The translations under genes were made by a program, and so were the position numbers. The notes under the pieces are model-generated. The model made no database searches. It saw only the letters and a program-made list of their open reading frames with translations, and was not told where the DNA came from. From the NCBI GenBank assembly GCA_049177215.1, contig CP185379.1, forward strand, positions 1,192,150-1,256,149: DNA of 64,000 bases, given 5' to 3'. Source of the stretch: Candidatus Pollutiaquabacter aromativorans (GTDB lineage Bacteria > Bacteroidota > Bacteroidia > AKYH767-A > 2013-40CM-41-45). Shown here in pieces: positions 31,201 to 39,732 of this stretch (position 1 is the stretch's first letter; each line of letters starts with the position of its first letter).

Positions 31201-34200
31201 TCGGTACCGGTGGCTGTCAACGCAGACGGTGCTCCGGTTTCCCCCCAGACTACGCAAAACACAGACAGGACCAGAGCTACGACCGGAACTCAAACCGGCA
31301 GCACTGATCGGAGCACCTCAGCAACCCGACTGACGATGGTTCCGGCTATGGAAGGTGTAAGCGAAGAAACGAGGCTGGCTTATCAGAACTACAAGCAACG
31401 GATGGAATTCTCCTCGCGGCTCGACGAACGTTCAAAAGAACTGCAGACGCAAGTGGCAACGATGAAGAACTCTCCGGAACGGGATAGCCTCATCCAGTTG
31501 TCCAACTCCATGAGTATGGAATCAATCCGACAGTGGCAATCGGCTCAACAACAATTACAACTTGCCAAGGCGGATGATCCGGAGATCCAAACCAAAGCGG
31601 AAACTGCCATCGCAACGGCAAAGGCTGCAGAACCTGCAGCGGAGCCCGTCGTAACGAGTCAGGAGCTTGCCACTGTTGCAAACCCGGTGCGACGCGACGC
31701 TGTGCCGACCGGCGAGTCAGCTGCCAGGACCGGCGTATCCGGAAACCAGTCGGCGAATACGAATCGTGCTGATCGTTCGGAGCAACCGGCGGGAACACAA
31801 CCTGCCACTTCCGGACAAGTTAGCGCGATAAAAACCGATGTCGAGGAAACGAATCAACTTTCGGTTACACCAACGACCCCGTCGGTTGAACCGGCTTCCG
31901 GGGAAGCGCGGAATGATGGACAGCTTGCTTCCAACGTGTCCGGAAATCAAGCTGCTGACCGTGTTAGCAACGATGGCGAAGGCCAGCGATTAGAAGTTTC
32001 AGCAAATAACCCGAACGAGCCCCGACCAGTGTCGGGTGGAGATGTCGCTCCAGCAACATCCACTGGCGAAATAAGCCGGAACGAATCAAGGCAGGGTGCG
32101 ATCTCGCCTTCGGCTGAACAAGGTACTACCACTGCCCGGCAGGATCGGAGCGATGCTACGCCTGCGGCTGGACGAGGCGATGAGCAGGCGGTTGCCACGA
32201 AACCATCAACGATTCCATCCGGCGCAGAGCGTGCGGGACAAGTCGTTGCCAACCCGGATCAGACACCAGGTGAAAGACCGGCTTCTGCTGAGCGATCGAA
32301 CCCTGTTTCGAAAGAAGCTGCGCCTACTGTATCCGGTCAGGAAACCGTCACCAACCAATCCGAAAGGCAGGAATCCGTTCGTTCGTCGGAAACCCAGGAG
32401 TCCGGAGGTCAACGGAATTCCAATGCGGTTCAAACTGCAACAGACCGGACAAGGATCGCAGACAATACGGAGCCGGCAGTTACTCCAGCCAATGCTGTTT
32501 CCAACACTCCTACGAATACAACCACTCAAGCGGCAGACAACCGAAATACCGTCAATGAACAGCAGCCGGGCGCGATGCAGCAACCTGCTCAACCCGCAAC
32601 CTCCCAGGTTGAACTGGTGTACGATACGGCTTCCGTTCGGAGCAAATTGCAATCCAATGAAGATGTTCCGGTCGCACAACTGGACTCCTCCCACAAGGAT
32701 TTTCCGCGTTACCTCAAATTGCGCCAGGAAGTGGGAGAGAAGCAGGACGAAACCATCCGCTTGTTTTCTTCGGCTATCGAGTTGAACAAGAAAGCATCCC
32801 AAGAGAAAGAAGAACAAGTCGATCTGATGCAAAAAGCGGAAGCTACCGCCGATGCCAACGAAAAAGCCAAACTGCTCCGCAGCGCTGAAAAGCGTAAACA
32901 CGATTCGGAAGAACACGAAGCGGAAGCCGGCAAACTGATGGCGCAGGCGCAAAAGCTTTCCGACGAGATCTGGGAAAACAACCAGTCGCTCGAAGCGCTC
33001 AGCCTGGCGATCCGAAAGTCGGGTCCTGCACGTACTTCTCCTGCCACTACGCCTGGAACTTCCGGAACAACGACTACCGACATTCGACCGGCAACTATTC
33101 CGGAAATGGATGAGACGGTACGCGCTGAATCATCTGTTTCAATACAGCAGACCGGCAATGATCGTGCGCCGGTCAAAGCAGGCCCGCTTACCGTTCCGGG
33201 CATCGAACGCATGGTCGTGCGCAGCGACAAACCCGCGTACACCGATACTGCACCGATACCGGTGGATCAACCCCTGCCCGAAGGACTCGTCTTCAAAGTC
33301 CAGATCGGCGCTTTCCGCAAACCGATTCCGAACGAAGCCTTTGGCGGTTTGTCGCCCGTCAGCGGCGAAAACACCCGTCCGGGTTGGATCCGTTACTGTG
33401 TCGGTCTCTTCCGCACCTTCGAGCCGGCCAACCTGGTGAAGAAAGCCATGCGCGGACAGGGTTTCAAAGACGCGTTCGTCGTCGCTTACTTTAACGGCAA
33501 ACGGATCTCACTTGGCGAAGCCTATGCCATGCTGAACCAGGCGGGCAGTGACTCCCGTGCGACCTATGCTTCCGTATCCCGTGAAGAATTACAACGCCTG
33601 AAAGCACTCAACATCGTTCCGCAGCGTACCAGCGCACCGGATCGTGACGAACAGGAATTCTTCGGAGGAACTACTTCGGCATCGGCTGACGGTTTCGGTA
33701 CCGGTACGGCTTATGCGGTGCAGGTGGGTGTGTATCGATCTTCCATTCCGCCTGCCGTACTGGGCAGTCTGCAACCTTTACAGCAGGAAGCTTTGCAGCG
33801 CGGTCTTTTCCGCTATACCACCGGACGATACCAGGTTTACGCTTCCGCCGATTCCATGCGCCGAGTCGCTGTGGCCGCCGGTATCCCGGATGCCTTTGTT
33901 GTCGCTTACCGCGATGGTCGTCGTGTCAGCCTGAGCAACGCGCGGCGCAGCGAGACCGGTACGTCAGGATCTACGGTGGTGCGTCCACAACCTGCAGCTT
34001 CAACACCCGCCGCGCAACCGGCAGTTGAAACCGGAGCCATCACGTTCCGGGTACAGGTTGGGGCATTCCGTCAGCAGGTTCCTTTCCAGGTGGTCGATGC
34101 ACTCCTGAAAGTATCGGATCGTGGCGTAGAACGCGAGCAGGATCCGCGCGGACTGCAGGTCTTCTTCGCCGGACGTTTCTCGGACTACGAATCCGCCCGG

Positions 34201-34311
34201 AAGCTGAAGGAAGAAGTGGTGGGCCGCGGTGTGCCGGATGCTTTCGTGGTAGCCTTCAGCGGCACGAAACGGATCCCCCTGGCCGAGGCCTTGCGGCAGG
34301 TAGGTCAATAA
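28255..34311 (+). CDS. giant (2018 aa) secreted protein: TPR, then PD40/TolB-like propeller, then about 1300 aa of low-complexity/coiled-coil, then three C-terminal SPOR (septal peptidoglycan-binding) domains
   Basis: Signal peptide. TPR (YRYGTALLLSGKDKRNAVSYLEKA...). PD40 repeats (YLSRDGQTIYYAS..., LDRDGKTLYFAS...GGYDIFKS). Long A/T/S/Q/E/P-rich and coiled-coil stretches. Three SPOR units (FKVQIGAFR...GFKDAFVVAY, YAVQVGVYR...IPDAFVVAY, FRVQVGAFR...VPDAFVVAF). The ORFs on the opposite strand and in other frames inside it look spurious. Confidence 0.8.
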   Translation: MYLRILFILTGLLLTQVVVSGQNQANSESELRKRADKLFQDQEYLTAVGPYSQLLSLQPNDATLNYRYGTALLLSGKDKRNAVSYLEKAMNDPAQPMEGWVYLGRSYMFLGKYEDAKSCFNRFNTRATDAQRKKFNSEEWLRSAGAASELSRQRRMVSVTAQKEVLRSAAYSQIDYTNAAGRILPVPEKFQTTADKDKQAAPVMYLSRDGQTIYYASYGKGSVGGKDLYLIRKMTNGEWAQPEHLGSVLNSVYNEDYPFLDRDGKTLYFASQGHNSIGGYDIFKSVFNFNTGQWSAPENLGIPLNTPDDDLLYVPGSDGVTAVYTTADFTDNTHTEIRTIHLDDQRNPFATIRGTYYSIDQPMRRDARVIVLRAADRSVVTTVRTDPRTGDYELVLPGGESYWLVIDGGGYVPHTESFDLPAGLEKAALRQEVRMNRNKQEELMTVTNFFTPMPSAIGADVIAVNDRPSSTETSATTPSSETVQISVGNETLIVSKPVSQPVTSPEQAGEVPVTADQAADEDTSLADNYNPLLDREMTQDEIRQRQEEQLRSEEVVADEKIPAEQLHVPVDEHELARSAVEDGVALQREADSLQDRSRELYASAANREEEAVRLLEEAQSIKEDTVRAANLYLQSDDMKQMALAEKQQARELDGLATERRAEAKQALTDAKALISSTNTKDKELSASVDRALAGTSEKASVTASSPSAAQGVTSPSLEPMAEQAVEVRTEGVSSTANPTSQTTPAAGQPQAADEEQLATTSPNQQEQNQTAATTSRVSPDSNDSGVVAVQQNVSEESQPTADFKRGHAAESSGKETGKPVVGTNPEGSSVSEKNTADVLAAGTNPAITASDEHAANDKQSVIEPETTVNATTKPEGLPEQKAQQSADERTVAIHQASEEQPKAEPNAMENRPKDQATSSGEPVVIAGQPTRESESRQQPTANQPSAGKSKDDKVAATTGTSQPTSSTAANATTIRSTDDAAQSVPVAVNADGAPVSPQTTQNTDRTRATTGTQTGSTDRSTSATRLTMVPAMEGVSEETRLAYQNYKQRMEFSSRLDERSKELQTQVATMKNSPERDSLIQLSNSMSMESIRQWQSAQQQLQLAKADDPEIQTKAETAIATAKAAEPAAEPVVTSQELATVANPVRRDAVPTGESAARTGVSGNQSANTNRADRSEQPAGTQPATSGQVSAIKTDVEETNQLSVTPTTPSVEPASGEARNDGQLASNVSGNQAADRVSNDGEGQRLEVSANNPNEPRPVSGGDVAPATSTGEISRNESRQGAISPSAEQGTTTARQDRSDATPAAGRGDEQAVATKPSTIPSGAERAGQVVANPDQTPGERPASAERSNPVSKEAAPTVSGQETVTNQSERQESVRSSETQESGGQRNSNAVQTATDRTRIADNTEPAVTPANAVSNTPTNTTTQAADNRNTVNEQQPGAMQQPAQPATSQVELVYDTASVRSKLQSNEDVPVAQLDSSHKDFPRYLKLRQEVGEKQDETIRLFSSAIELNKKASQEKEEQVDLMQKAEATADANEKAKLLRSAEKRKHDSEEHEAEAGKLMAQAQKLSDEIWENNQSLEALSLAIRKSGPARTSPATTPGTSGTTTTDIRPATIPEMDETVRAESSVSIQQTGNDRAPVKAGPLTVPGIERMVVRSDKPAYTDTAPIPVDQPLPEGLVFKVQIGAFRKPIPNEAFGGLSPVSGENTRPGWIRYCVGLFRTFEPANLVKKAMRGQGFKDAFVVAYFNGKRISLGEAYAMLNQAGSDSRATYASVSREELQRLKALNIVPQRTSAPDRDEQEFFGGTTSASADGFGTGTAYAVQVGVYRSSIPPAVLGSLQPLQQEALQRGLFRYTTGRYQVYASADSMRRVAVAAGIPDAFVVAYRDGRRVSLSNARRSETGTSGSTVVRPQPAASTPAAQPAVETGAITFRVQVGAFRQQVPFQVVDALLKVSDRGVEREQDPRGLQVFFAGRFSDYESARKLKEEVVGRGVPDAFVVAFSGTKRIPLAEALRQVGQ

Positions 34312-34352
34312 CCCGGAATTTCGTATCTTTACGCATCCGAAAGCAGGATGCC

Positions 34353-34643
34353 ATGATCCGTTTCCAGAACGAAGGCGAACTCGCCTTTGAAGAGCTAGTA
34401 GACAACAAGACCGAAGAAGTCCGGGTCCGCGATCTCGTGTTGTACAACGACGACGTGAACACCTTCGATTTCGTCATCCAGTGCCTCATCGAAGTCTGCA
34501 AGCACGACGCCTTGCAAGCCGAGCAATGCACCTATATCGTGCATTACAACGGTAAGTGTACCGTCAAGACCGGGTCCTACCTGCAACTGAATCCCATGCG
34601 TCAGGCTTTGCTCGACCGTGGACTTTCCGCCGTAATCGATTGA
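34353..34643 (+). CDS. clpS: ATP-dependent Clp protease adaptor ClpS
   Basis: VRDLVLYNDDVNTFDFVIQCLIEVCKHD is the ClpS core. 96 aa. Confidence 0.8.
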   Translation: MIRFQNEGELAFEELVDNKTEEVRVRDLVLYNDDVNTFDFVIQCLIEVCKHDALQAEQCTYIVHYNGKCTVKTGSYLQLNPMRQALLDRGLSAVID

Positions 34644-34707
34644 CGGTTTTTACACCAATTTCTTTTCCGGTACACCTTTTGATTACCGGTAGCCAAACTT
34701 CCCGACC

Positions 34708-35512
34708 ATGAGTTCCCGTTCCCTGTTCGCCGGCCTGGCGCTGGCCGTAGTGCTGGTTTCCTGTAGCAAAGTACCCATCACCAAGCGCAAGCAGATGAAC
34801 CTGCTGCCGGAATCCCAGTTGGTTTCCCTGAGCCTGACCAATTATCAGGACTTCCTCAAGCAAAACCCGCCGGTCAAGGGCACCGCCGATGCGGCCCTGG
34901 TGCAGCGGGTCGGAACGAAGGTGGCCGACGCGGTCATCAAGTTCATGAACCAAAACAAGATGGGCGACCGGATCAAAGGCTATCAGTGGGAATTCAACCT
35001 CGTGAACAGTCCGGATGTCAATGCCTGGTGCATGCCGGGAGGTAAGGTGGTCGTGTATGCAGGCCTGTTGCCCGTTACGCAGGATGAGACCAGCCTGGCC
35101 ATTGTCATGGGACACGAGATCGCCCATGCGGTGGCACGACACGGCAACGAGCGCATGAGCCAGATGATGGTAGCGCAAGGGGATGGGCATGGCCCTGGAT
35201 GTGGCCCTTTCCCAGCAGCCGGCCCAGACCCGCAACATGTTCCTCACGGCCTACGGCGCGGGTTCGACCCTCGGCATCCTGGCCTATTCGCGTACCCACG
35301 AAACCGAAGCCGACAAGCTCGGACTCATCTTCGCCGCCATGGCCGGGTATGATCCGCGCCTGTCGGTCGCCTTTTGGGAGCGCATGAGCGCCAAGAGCAG
35401 CGGCAACAAACCGCCCGAATGGATGAGTACCCACCCCAGCGACGCGACCCGCATCAGCAACCTCAAAGCCTTCATGCCCACGGCTTTGAAATATTACAAA
35501 ACCGGCTCCTGA
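34708..35512 (+). pseudogene. M48-family zinc metallopeptidase lipoprotein (HExxH...E), interrupted by an apparent +1 frameshift in a G4 run at about 35179-35182
   Basis: ORF 34708..35352 carries HEIAHAVARHG and then runs out of frame after ...MSQMMVAQG. ORF 35183..35512 in the +1 frame carries the rest, including the third Zn ligand in HETEADKLGL. Removing one G of GGGG restores a single about 267-aa M48 protein. Confidence 0.7.
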
Positions 35513-35514
35513 AG

Positions 35515-35544
35515 TTTGGAAATCTCAAAAAGTTCGTACTTTTG
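35515..35544 (+). promoter_or_regulatory. Bacteroidetes-type promoter for tRNA-Arg: -33 TTTG (35515-35518), 18-nt spacer, -7 TActTTTG (35537-35544)
   Basis: gaagTTTGgaaatctcaaaaagttcgTACTTTTGcagccccgtcaccgacgggg. The leader contains a 7-bp hairpin (ccccgtc/gacgggg) before the tRNA. Confidence 0.5.
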
Positions 35545-35585
35545 CAGCCCCGTCACCGACGGGCTTCCGAAAGGAAGACCTAGCA

Positions 35586-35659
35586 GGACCCGTAGCTCAA
35601 CTGGATAGAGCATCTGACTACGGATCAGAAGGTTAGGGGTTCGACTCCCTTCGGGTCCG
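35586..35659 (+). tRNA. tRNA-Arg (anticodon ACG)
   Basis: Acceptor ggacccg/cgggtcc, D-arm tagctcaactggatagagca, anticodon stem tctga/tcaga with loop ctACGga, T-arm ggggttcgactccct. Confidence 0.85.
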
Positions 35660-36164
35660 CTACTGACACAATAGACCCTTGATTATCAAGATGATAGTCG
35701 AGGGTTTTTTGTTGGTGGACGCCTGTGTGGGCACTCTTTTGCTTTGCTTGCCTTTTCCAAGAACCTCTCGAGGGCGGATTTGCTTGTGCACAGCTCGTTA
35801 AGCTTTTTCAAAGTACGAACGCTTACAAACTTCTTCTAAAATATTGGGGTGTTAAGAATGCCTGGGTCGGTAGTATTCCTTAAATGAAACTTTCATCTGG
35901 ATAATTTATATTAGCAAGGCAATCTTTATGGTCGCGCCCTTTTGCTTGACAGCAAAGGTTCCTACTCAGATGCGAAACCATTTAACGGCATTCGCAATTT
36001 TCGCCATTGTGTCATATTACAATGGAATCTAAATGTTGTTATGATATAGCAGCTGGATTGTTTTAAAAACAGTTTCCGAAGAAGGCTTCTGATAATATAA
36101 CTCGAACTTTCTGTTACCCCTGGATGATTAATTAGGTATTTCCCAACTTCTAAATAAACTAGCT

Positions 36165-37748
36165 ATGCGAGTCTTGCTCTTTCAATGGTTTTTACTAATT
36201 ACAATACAGATTATTAATGCCACTTCTTCGATTGCTCAGCAGCAACAGGGGATAGAGTGGGCCGTGTCTTATGGAGGAGCTAGCATTGACGTAGGAAACT
36301 CTATTCAACTTACCAGCGATGGTGGTTATGTTGCAATTGGAAAGAGTCGTTCAAGTGATGGTGACATCACTGTAAATCACGGCAGGGAAGATTACTGGGT
36401 TGTAAAGATCTCGAGCGATGGGAGTATTCAATGGCAAAAGTCTTTTGGCGGATCATCAGAGGATAATGGAAGATTCGTCCAGGGCACCTCAGATGGAGGA
36501 TACATTTTGATTGGATTTACAATGTCTAATGATGGCGACGTAATTGGAAATCATGGTGGTTATGATTGTTGGGTTGTAAAGCTGGATAGCATAGGGGATA
36601 TTGAATGGCAGAGAGCTTTAGGAGGATCGGGCATGGATGCCGGTGTATCAATTATTCAAACTTCCGATGGAGGTTATGCCATGATTTCTGTGTCAGATTC
36701 TAATGATGGAGATGTATACGGGAACAATGGCCAAACAGACTTTTGGGTTGTGAAACTTTCAGAATTAGGTAACATTGAATGGCAAAAATCTTTAGGGGGG
36801 AGTAGTTCTGAAACGGCATCCTCTATTCAACAAACTGCTGATGGGGGATACATTGTATCGGGTCAGAGTAGTTCCAATGATGGCGATGTTACTGGAAACC
36901 ACGGGGACTCTGATTTTTGGATAGTTAAATTGTCGAGTTTCGGAGATATACAATGGCAGAATTCGTACGGAGGGGCAGCTTATGATCATGGTCTGTCGAT
37001 TCAAGAAACTGCAGATGGAGGGTATATAACATGTGGTTTTGTTGAATCAAATAATGGTAACGTGACTTTTAATCACGGAAGTCGTGATGTTTGGGTACTT
37101 AAGTTATCTAATAATGGTGATTTGGAATGGGAAAAGTCATTTGGAGGCACTGGGGATGATTGGGGGCATGAAATTCAAATCACTTCTGATGGCGGATATG
37201 TGATTCTCGGACACAGTAATTCTAATGATGGAGATGTATTTAATATTCATGGATCAAGGGATTATTGGGCGATAAAGTTGTCTAATTTTGGTGTATTGGA
37301 GTGGCAAAAGACCTTAGGTGGTTCAGAATCTGACATAGGGCATTCTATTCGGCAAACCCTTGACGGTGGGTTTATCCTAATTGGTGAAAGTCAATCAAAT
37401 GATGGCGATGTGACTGGAAATCATGGTGCTTCCGACTATTGGATTGTAAAGTTAAATGCAACAATTGGGTTGTCCGAGTTTTCTGACTTTGAATGGACAA
37501 TTGTTTCCCCAAATCCAGTAACTAGTAGATTAACCATTAAAGTATCACTTACAAATTCTGAAGATCTTCAAGTTTATATACGGGACTTGCTTGGTCATGT
37601 AGTTTTAGAACCAATAAAATTGAATAATGTCAGCGGATTGGTTGAACAATCAATATCAACAACTATGCTTTCCGACGGAATGTACTTGCTTGATATTGTT
37701 GGGCTAAAATGGAGAAAAACTAAGCGAATAATCATAGTTCAAAGATGA
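36165..37748 (+). CDS. T9SS cargo protein with eight tandem ~48-aa SBBP-type beta-propeller repeats and a type-A C-terminal sorting domain
   Basis: Signal peptide. Repeat (I/L)EWQKS.GGS..D.G.SI.QTSDGGY...G.S.SNDGDV.GNHG..D.WVVKL occurs 8 times. C-terminal SPNPVTSRLTIKV...GMYLLDIVGLKWRKTKRIIIVQR. Confidence 0.7.
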   Translation: MRVLLFQWFLLITIQIINATSSIAQQQQGIEWAVSYGGASIDVGNSIQLTSDGGYVAIGKSRSSDGDITVNHGREDYWVVKISSDGSIQWQKSFGGSSEDNGRFVQGTSDGGYILIGFTMSNDGDVIGNHGGYDCWVVKLDSIGDIEWQRALGGSGMDAGVSIIQTSDGGYAMISVSDSNDGDVYGNNGQTDFWVVKLSELGNIEWQKSLGGSSSETASSIQQTADGGYIVSGQSSSNDGDVTGNHGDSDFWIVKLSSFGDIQWQNSYGGAAYDHGLSIQETADGGYITCGFVESNNGNVTFNHGSRDVWVLKLSNNGDLEWEKSFGGTGDDWGHEIQITSDGGYVILGHSNSNDGDVFNIHGSRDYWAIKLSNFGVLEWQKTLGGSESDIGHSIRQTLDGGFILIGESQSNDGDVTGNHGASDYWIVKLNATIGLSEFSDFEWTIVSPNPVTSRLTIKVSLTNSEDLQVYIRDLLGHVVLEPIKLNNVSGLVEQSISTTMLSDGMYLLDIVGLKWRKTKRIIIVQR

Positions 37749-37798
37749 TGACTGTCCATACTACTAAGCCCGAATTAAAATAGTTACTATAAGTTGCC

Positions 37799-39250
37799 AT
37801 GTTCGAACAAACCTTCAAAAACATCGACGACATCCTCCACAAAGACGCCGGTTGCGGTAGCGAACTGGACTATGTGGAACAGACTTCATGGGTGTTGTTT
37901 CTAAAATACCTGGATGACCTGGAGAAAGACCGCGCCACGGCTGCTGAACTGACGGGTAAGACGTACACGCCCATCATCGACAAAAAGTACCAGTGGTCGG
38001 TCTGGGCGGCGCCCAAGGGTAAGGATGGCAAACTGGACCACCACAAGGCGATGACCGGTGACGACCTGACCGACTTCGTGAACGGCAAGCTGTTTCCCTA
38101 CCTGAAAAAGTTCAAGACGGATGCGGACAGCGCGGATACCATCGAATACAAGATTGGCGAAATCTTCAGCGAACTGAAAAACCGCCTGCAAAGCGGATAT
38201 AACCTGCGGGAGGTCATCAACCTCATTGACGAGTTGCGTTTCCGTACCCACGCAGAGAAGCACGAAATGAGCCACCTCTACGAGGAGAAGATCAAGAACA
38301 TGGGCAACGCCGGGCGCAACGGCGGCGAGTACTACACGCCGCGCCCGCTCATCACCACCATCGTGAAGGTGATTGACCCGAAGATTGGCGAGAAGATCTA
38401 CGACGGCGCCTGCGGCTCGGCAGGCTTCCTGTGCGAAGCTTTTGCCTACCTCAACAAGAAAGGGCTGTCCAGCAAGGATACAGTGACTCTCCAGAAGAAG
38501 ACCTTCTATGGCAAGGAAAAGAAATCGCTGGCCTACATCATCGGCATCATGAACATGATCCTGCACGGTGTGGAAGCCCCCAACATCATACACACCAATA
38601 CACTGGCCGAAAACCTCGCGGACATACAGGAAAAAGACCGCTACGATGTGGTGCTTGCCAATCCGCCTTTTGGTGGAAAGGAGCGTGCCGAAGTGCAACA
38701 AAACTTCCCGATTAAAACAGGCGAAACCGCTTCGCTCTTTTTACAGCACTTCATTAAAATATTGAAAGCAGGTGGCAAGGCAGGTGTGGTTATTAAAAAC
38801 ACTTTTTTGAGTAATACCGATAACGCCTCTGTCGCCATCCGAAAGACCTTGTTGGAGAGTTGTAACCTTCATACGGTGCTGGATTTGCCAGGTGGCACGT
38901 TTACAGGAGCTGGTGTAAAAACGGTAGTGCTGTTTTTTGAAAAAGGTAAGCCCACAAAGAAGGTATGGTATTATCAGCTGAACCTTGACCGTAATTTAGG
39001 TAAGACCAACCCGCTCAATGAAAAAGACTTGGCGGACTTCGTGCAGCTCCAAAAATCCTTCAAGGATAGCGAGAACTCTTGGACGATAAACGTAAAGGAC
39101 ATCGACCAGAGCACGTTTGACTTGAGCGTGAAGAATCCGAATAAAAAGCAGGAAGTTGCCTTGCGTCAACCGCAAGAAATTTTAGAGGAGATGAAGGCGC
39201 TGGATGAAGAGAGTGCGGAAATCTTTAATTCAATATTGGAGCTGTTATGA
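37799..39250 (+). CDS. hsdM: Type I restriction-modification system, DNA methyltransferase subunit M
   Basis: HsdM N-terminal domain (WVLFLKYLDDLEK), SAM motif I (DGACGSAGFL) and catalytic NPPFGG (VLANPPFGGKE). 483 aa. Stop overlaps the hsdS start (ATGA). Confidence 0.9.
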   Translation: MFEQTFKNIDDILHKDAGCGSELDYVEQTSWVLFLKYLDDLEKDRATAAELTGKTYTPIIDKKYQWSVWAAPKGKDGKLDHHKAMTGDDLTDFVNGKLFPYLKKFKTDADSADTIEYKIGEIFSELKNRLQSGYNLREVINLIDELRFRTHAEKHEMSHLYEEKIKNMGNAGRNGGEYYTPRPLITTIVKVIDPKIGEKIYDGACGSAGFLCEAFAYLNKKGLSSKDTVTLQKKTFYGKEKKSLAYIIGIMNMILHGVEAPNIIHTNTLAENLADIQEKDRYDVVLANPPFGGKERAEVQQNFPIKTGETASLFLQHFIKILKAGGKAGVVIKNTFLSNTDNASVAIRKTLLESCNLHTVLDLPGGTFTGAGVKTVVLFFEKGKPTKKVWYYQLNLDRNLGKTNPLNEKDLADFVQLQKSFKDSENSWTINVKDIDQSTFDLSVKNPNKKQEVALRQPQEILEEMKALDEESAEIFNSILELL

Positions 39251-39732
39251 AGCAGGGTTGGGAAATAAAGAAGTTGGGAGAGATTGTTGATATTGTTAAT
39301 GGAAGGAATCAATCTTCAGTGCTCTCTGAAAATGGACCATATCCTATTTACGGAAGTGCTGGTAATTTGATGGGCTATTCAACGGAGTATTTGTGTGATA
39401 AAGGCACCACTATAATCGGAAGAAAGGGGAATATCTCTACCCCAATCTTCATTGATGAAAGATTTTGGAACGTAGATACTGCCTTTGGATTATTCCCCAA
39501 AAATGGAAGCATCCCCAAGTTTATTTATTATTTATGTCTTACCATTGATTTCAAAAGTCGAAACAGGGGTACAACTATTCCGAGTTTAGTCAAATCAGAC
39601 TTATTGACCATTGATGTCCCATTTGTTAAGTCCCTCCCCGAACAACAACGCATTGTTTCCATATTAGACGAGTGCTTTGCCGCCATAGCCAAGGCAAAAG
39701 CCAATGCCGAAGAAGAACCTCAAAAACGCTAA
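39247..39732 (+). CDS. hsdS: Type I R-M specificity subunit S, N-terminal target-recognition-domain half (ends in the central conserved region)
   Basis: MKQGWEIKKLGEIVDIVNG... is a typical HsdS start. It ends ...ILDECFAAIAKAKANAEEEPQKR* inside the central conserved spacer. Confidence 0.75.
   Translation: MKQGWEIKKLGEIVDIVNGRNQSSVLSENGPYPIYGSAGNLMGYSTEYLCDKGTTIIGRKGNISTPIFIDERFWNVDTAFGLFPKNGSIPKFIYYLCLTIDFKSRNRGTTIPSLVKSDLLTIDVPFVKSLPEQQRIVSILDECFAAIAKAKANAEEEPQKR

Noticed and set aside
28750-33774. Many 60-250-aa ORFs on both strands inside 28255..34311
   Set aside because: All are embedded in the single 2018-aa ORF, which has coherent domain content (TPR, PD40, SPOR). The embedded ORFs are Arg/Pro/Ser-rich artefacts of the GC-rich low-complexity region.
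35660-36164. Possible integrase remnant or attachment-site repeat next to tRNA-Arg
   Set aside because: No ORF of 60 aa or more on either strand and no recombinase motifs in any frame that I could read. No copy of the tRNA-Arg 3' end found at the distal island boundary (47.0-47.3 kb). The region is left as non-coding AT-rich spacer.
37901-38701. 266-aa minus-strand ORF
   Set aside because: Antisense to hsdM, which has unambiguous methyltransferase motifs (NPPFGG).
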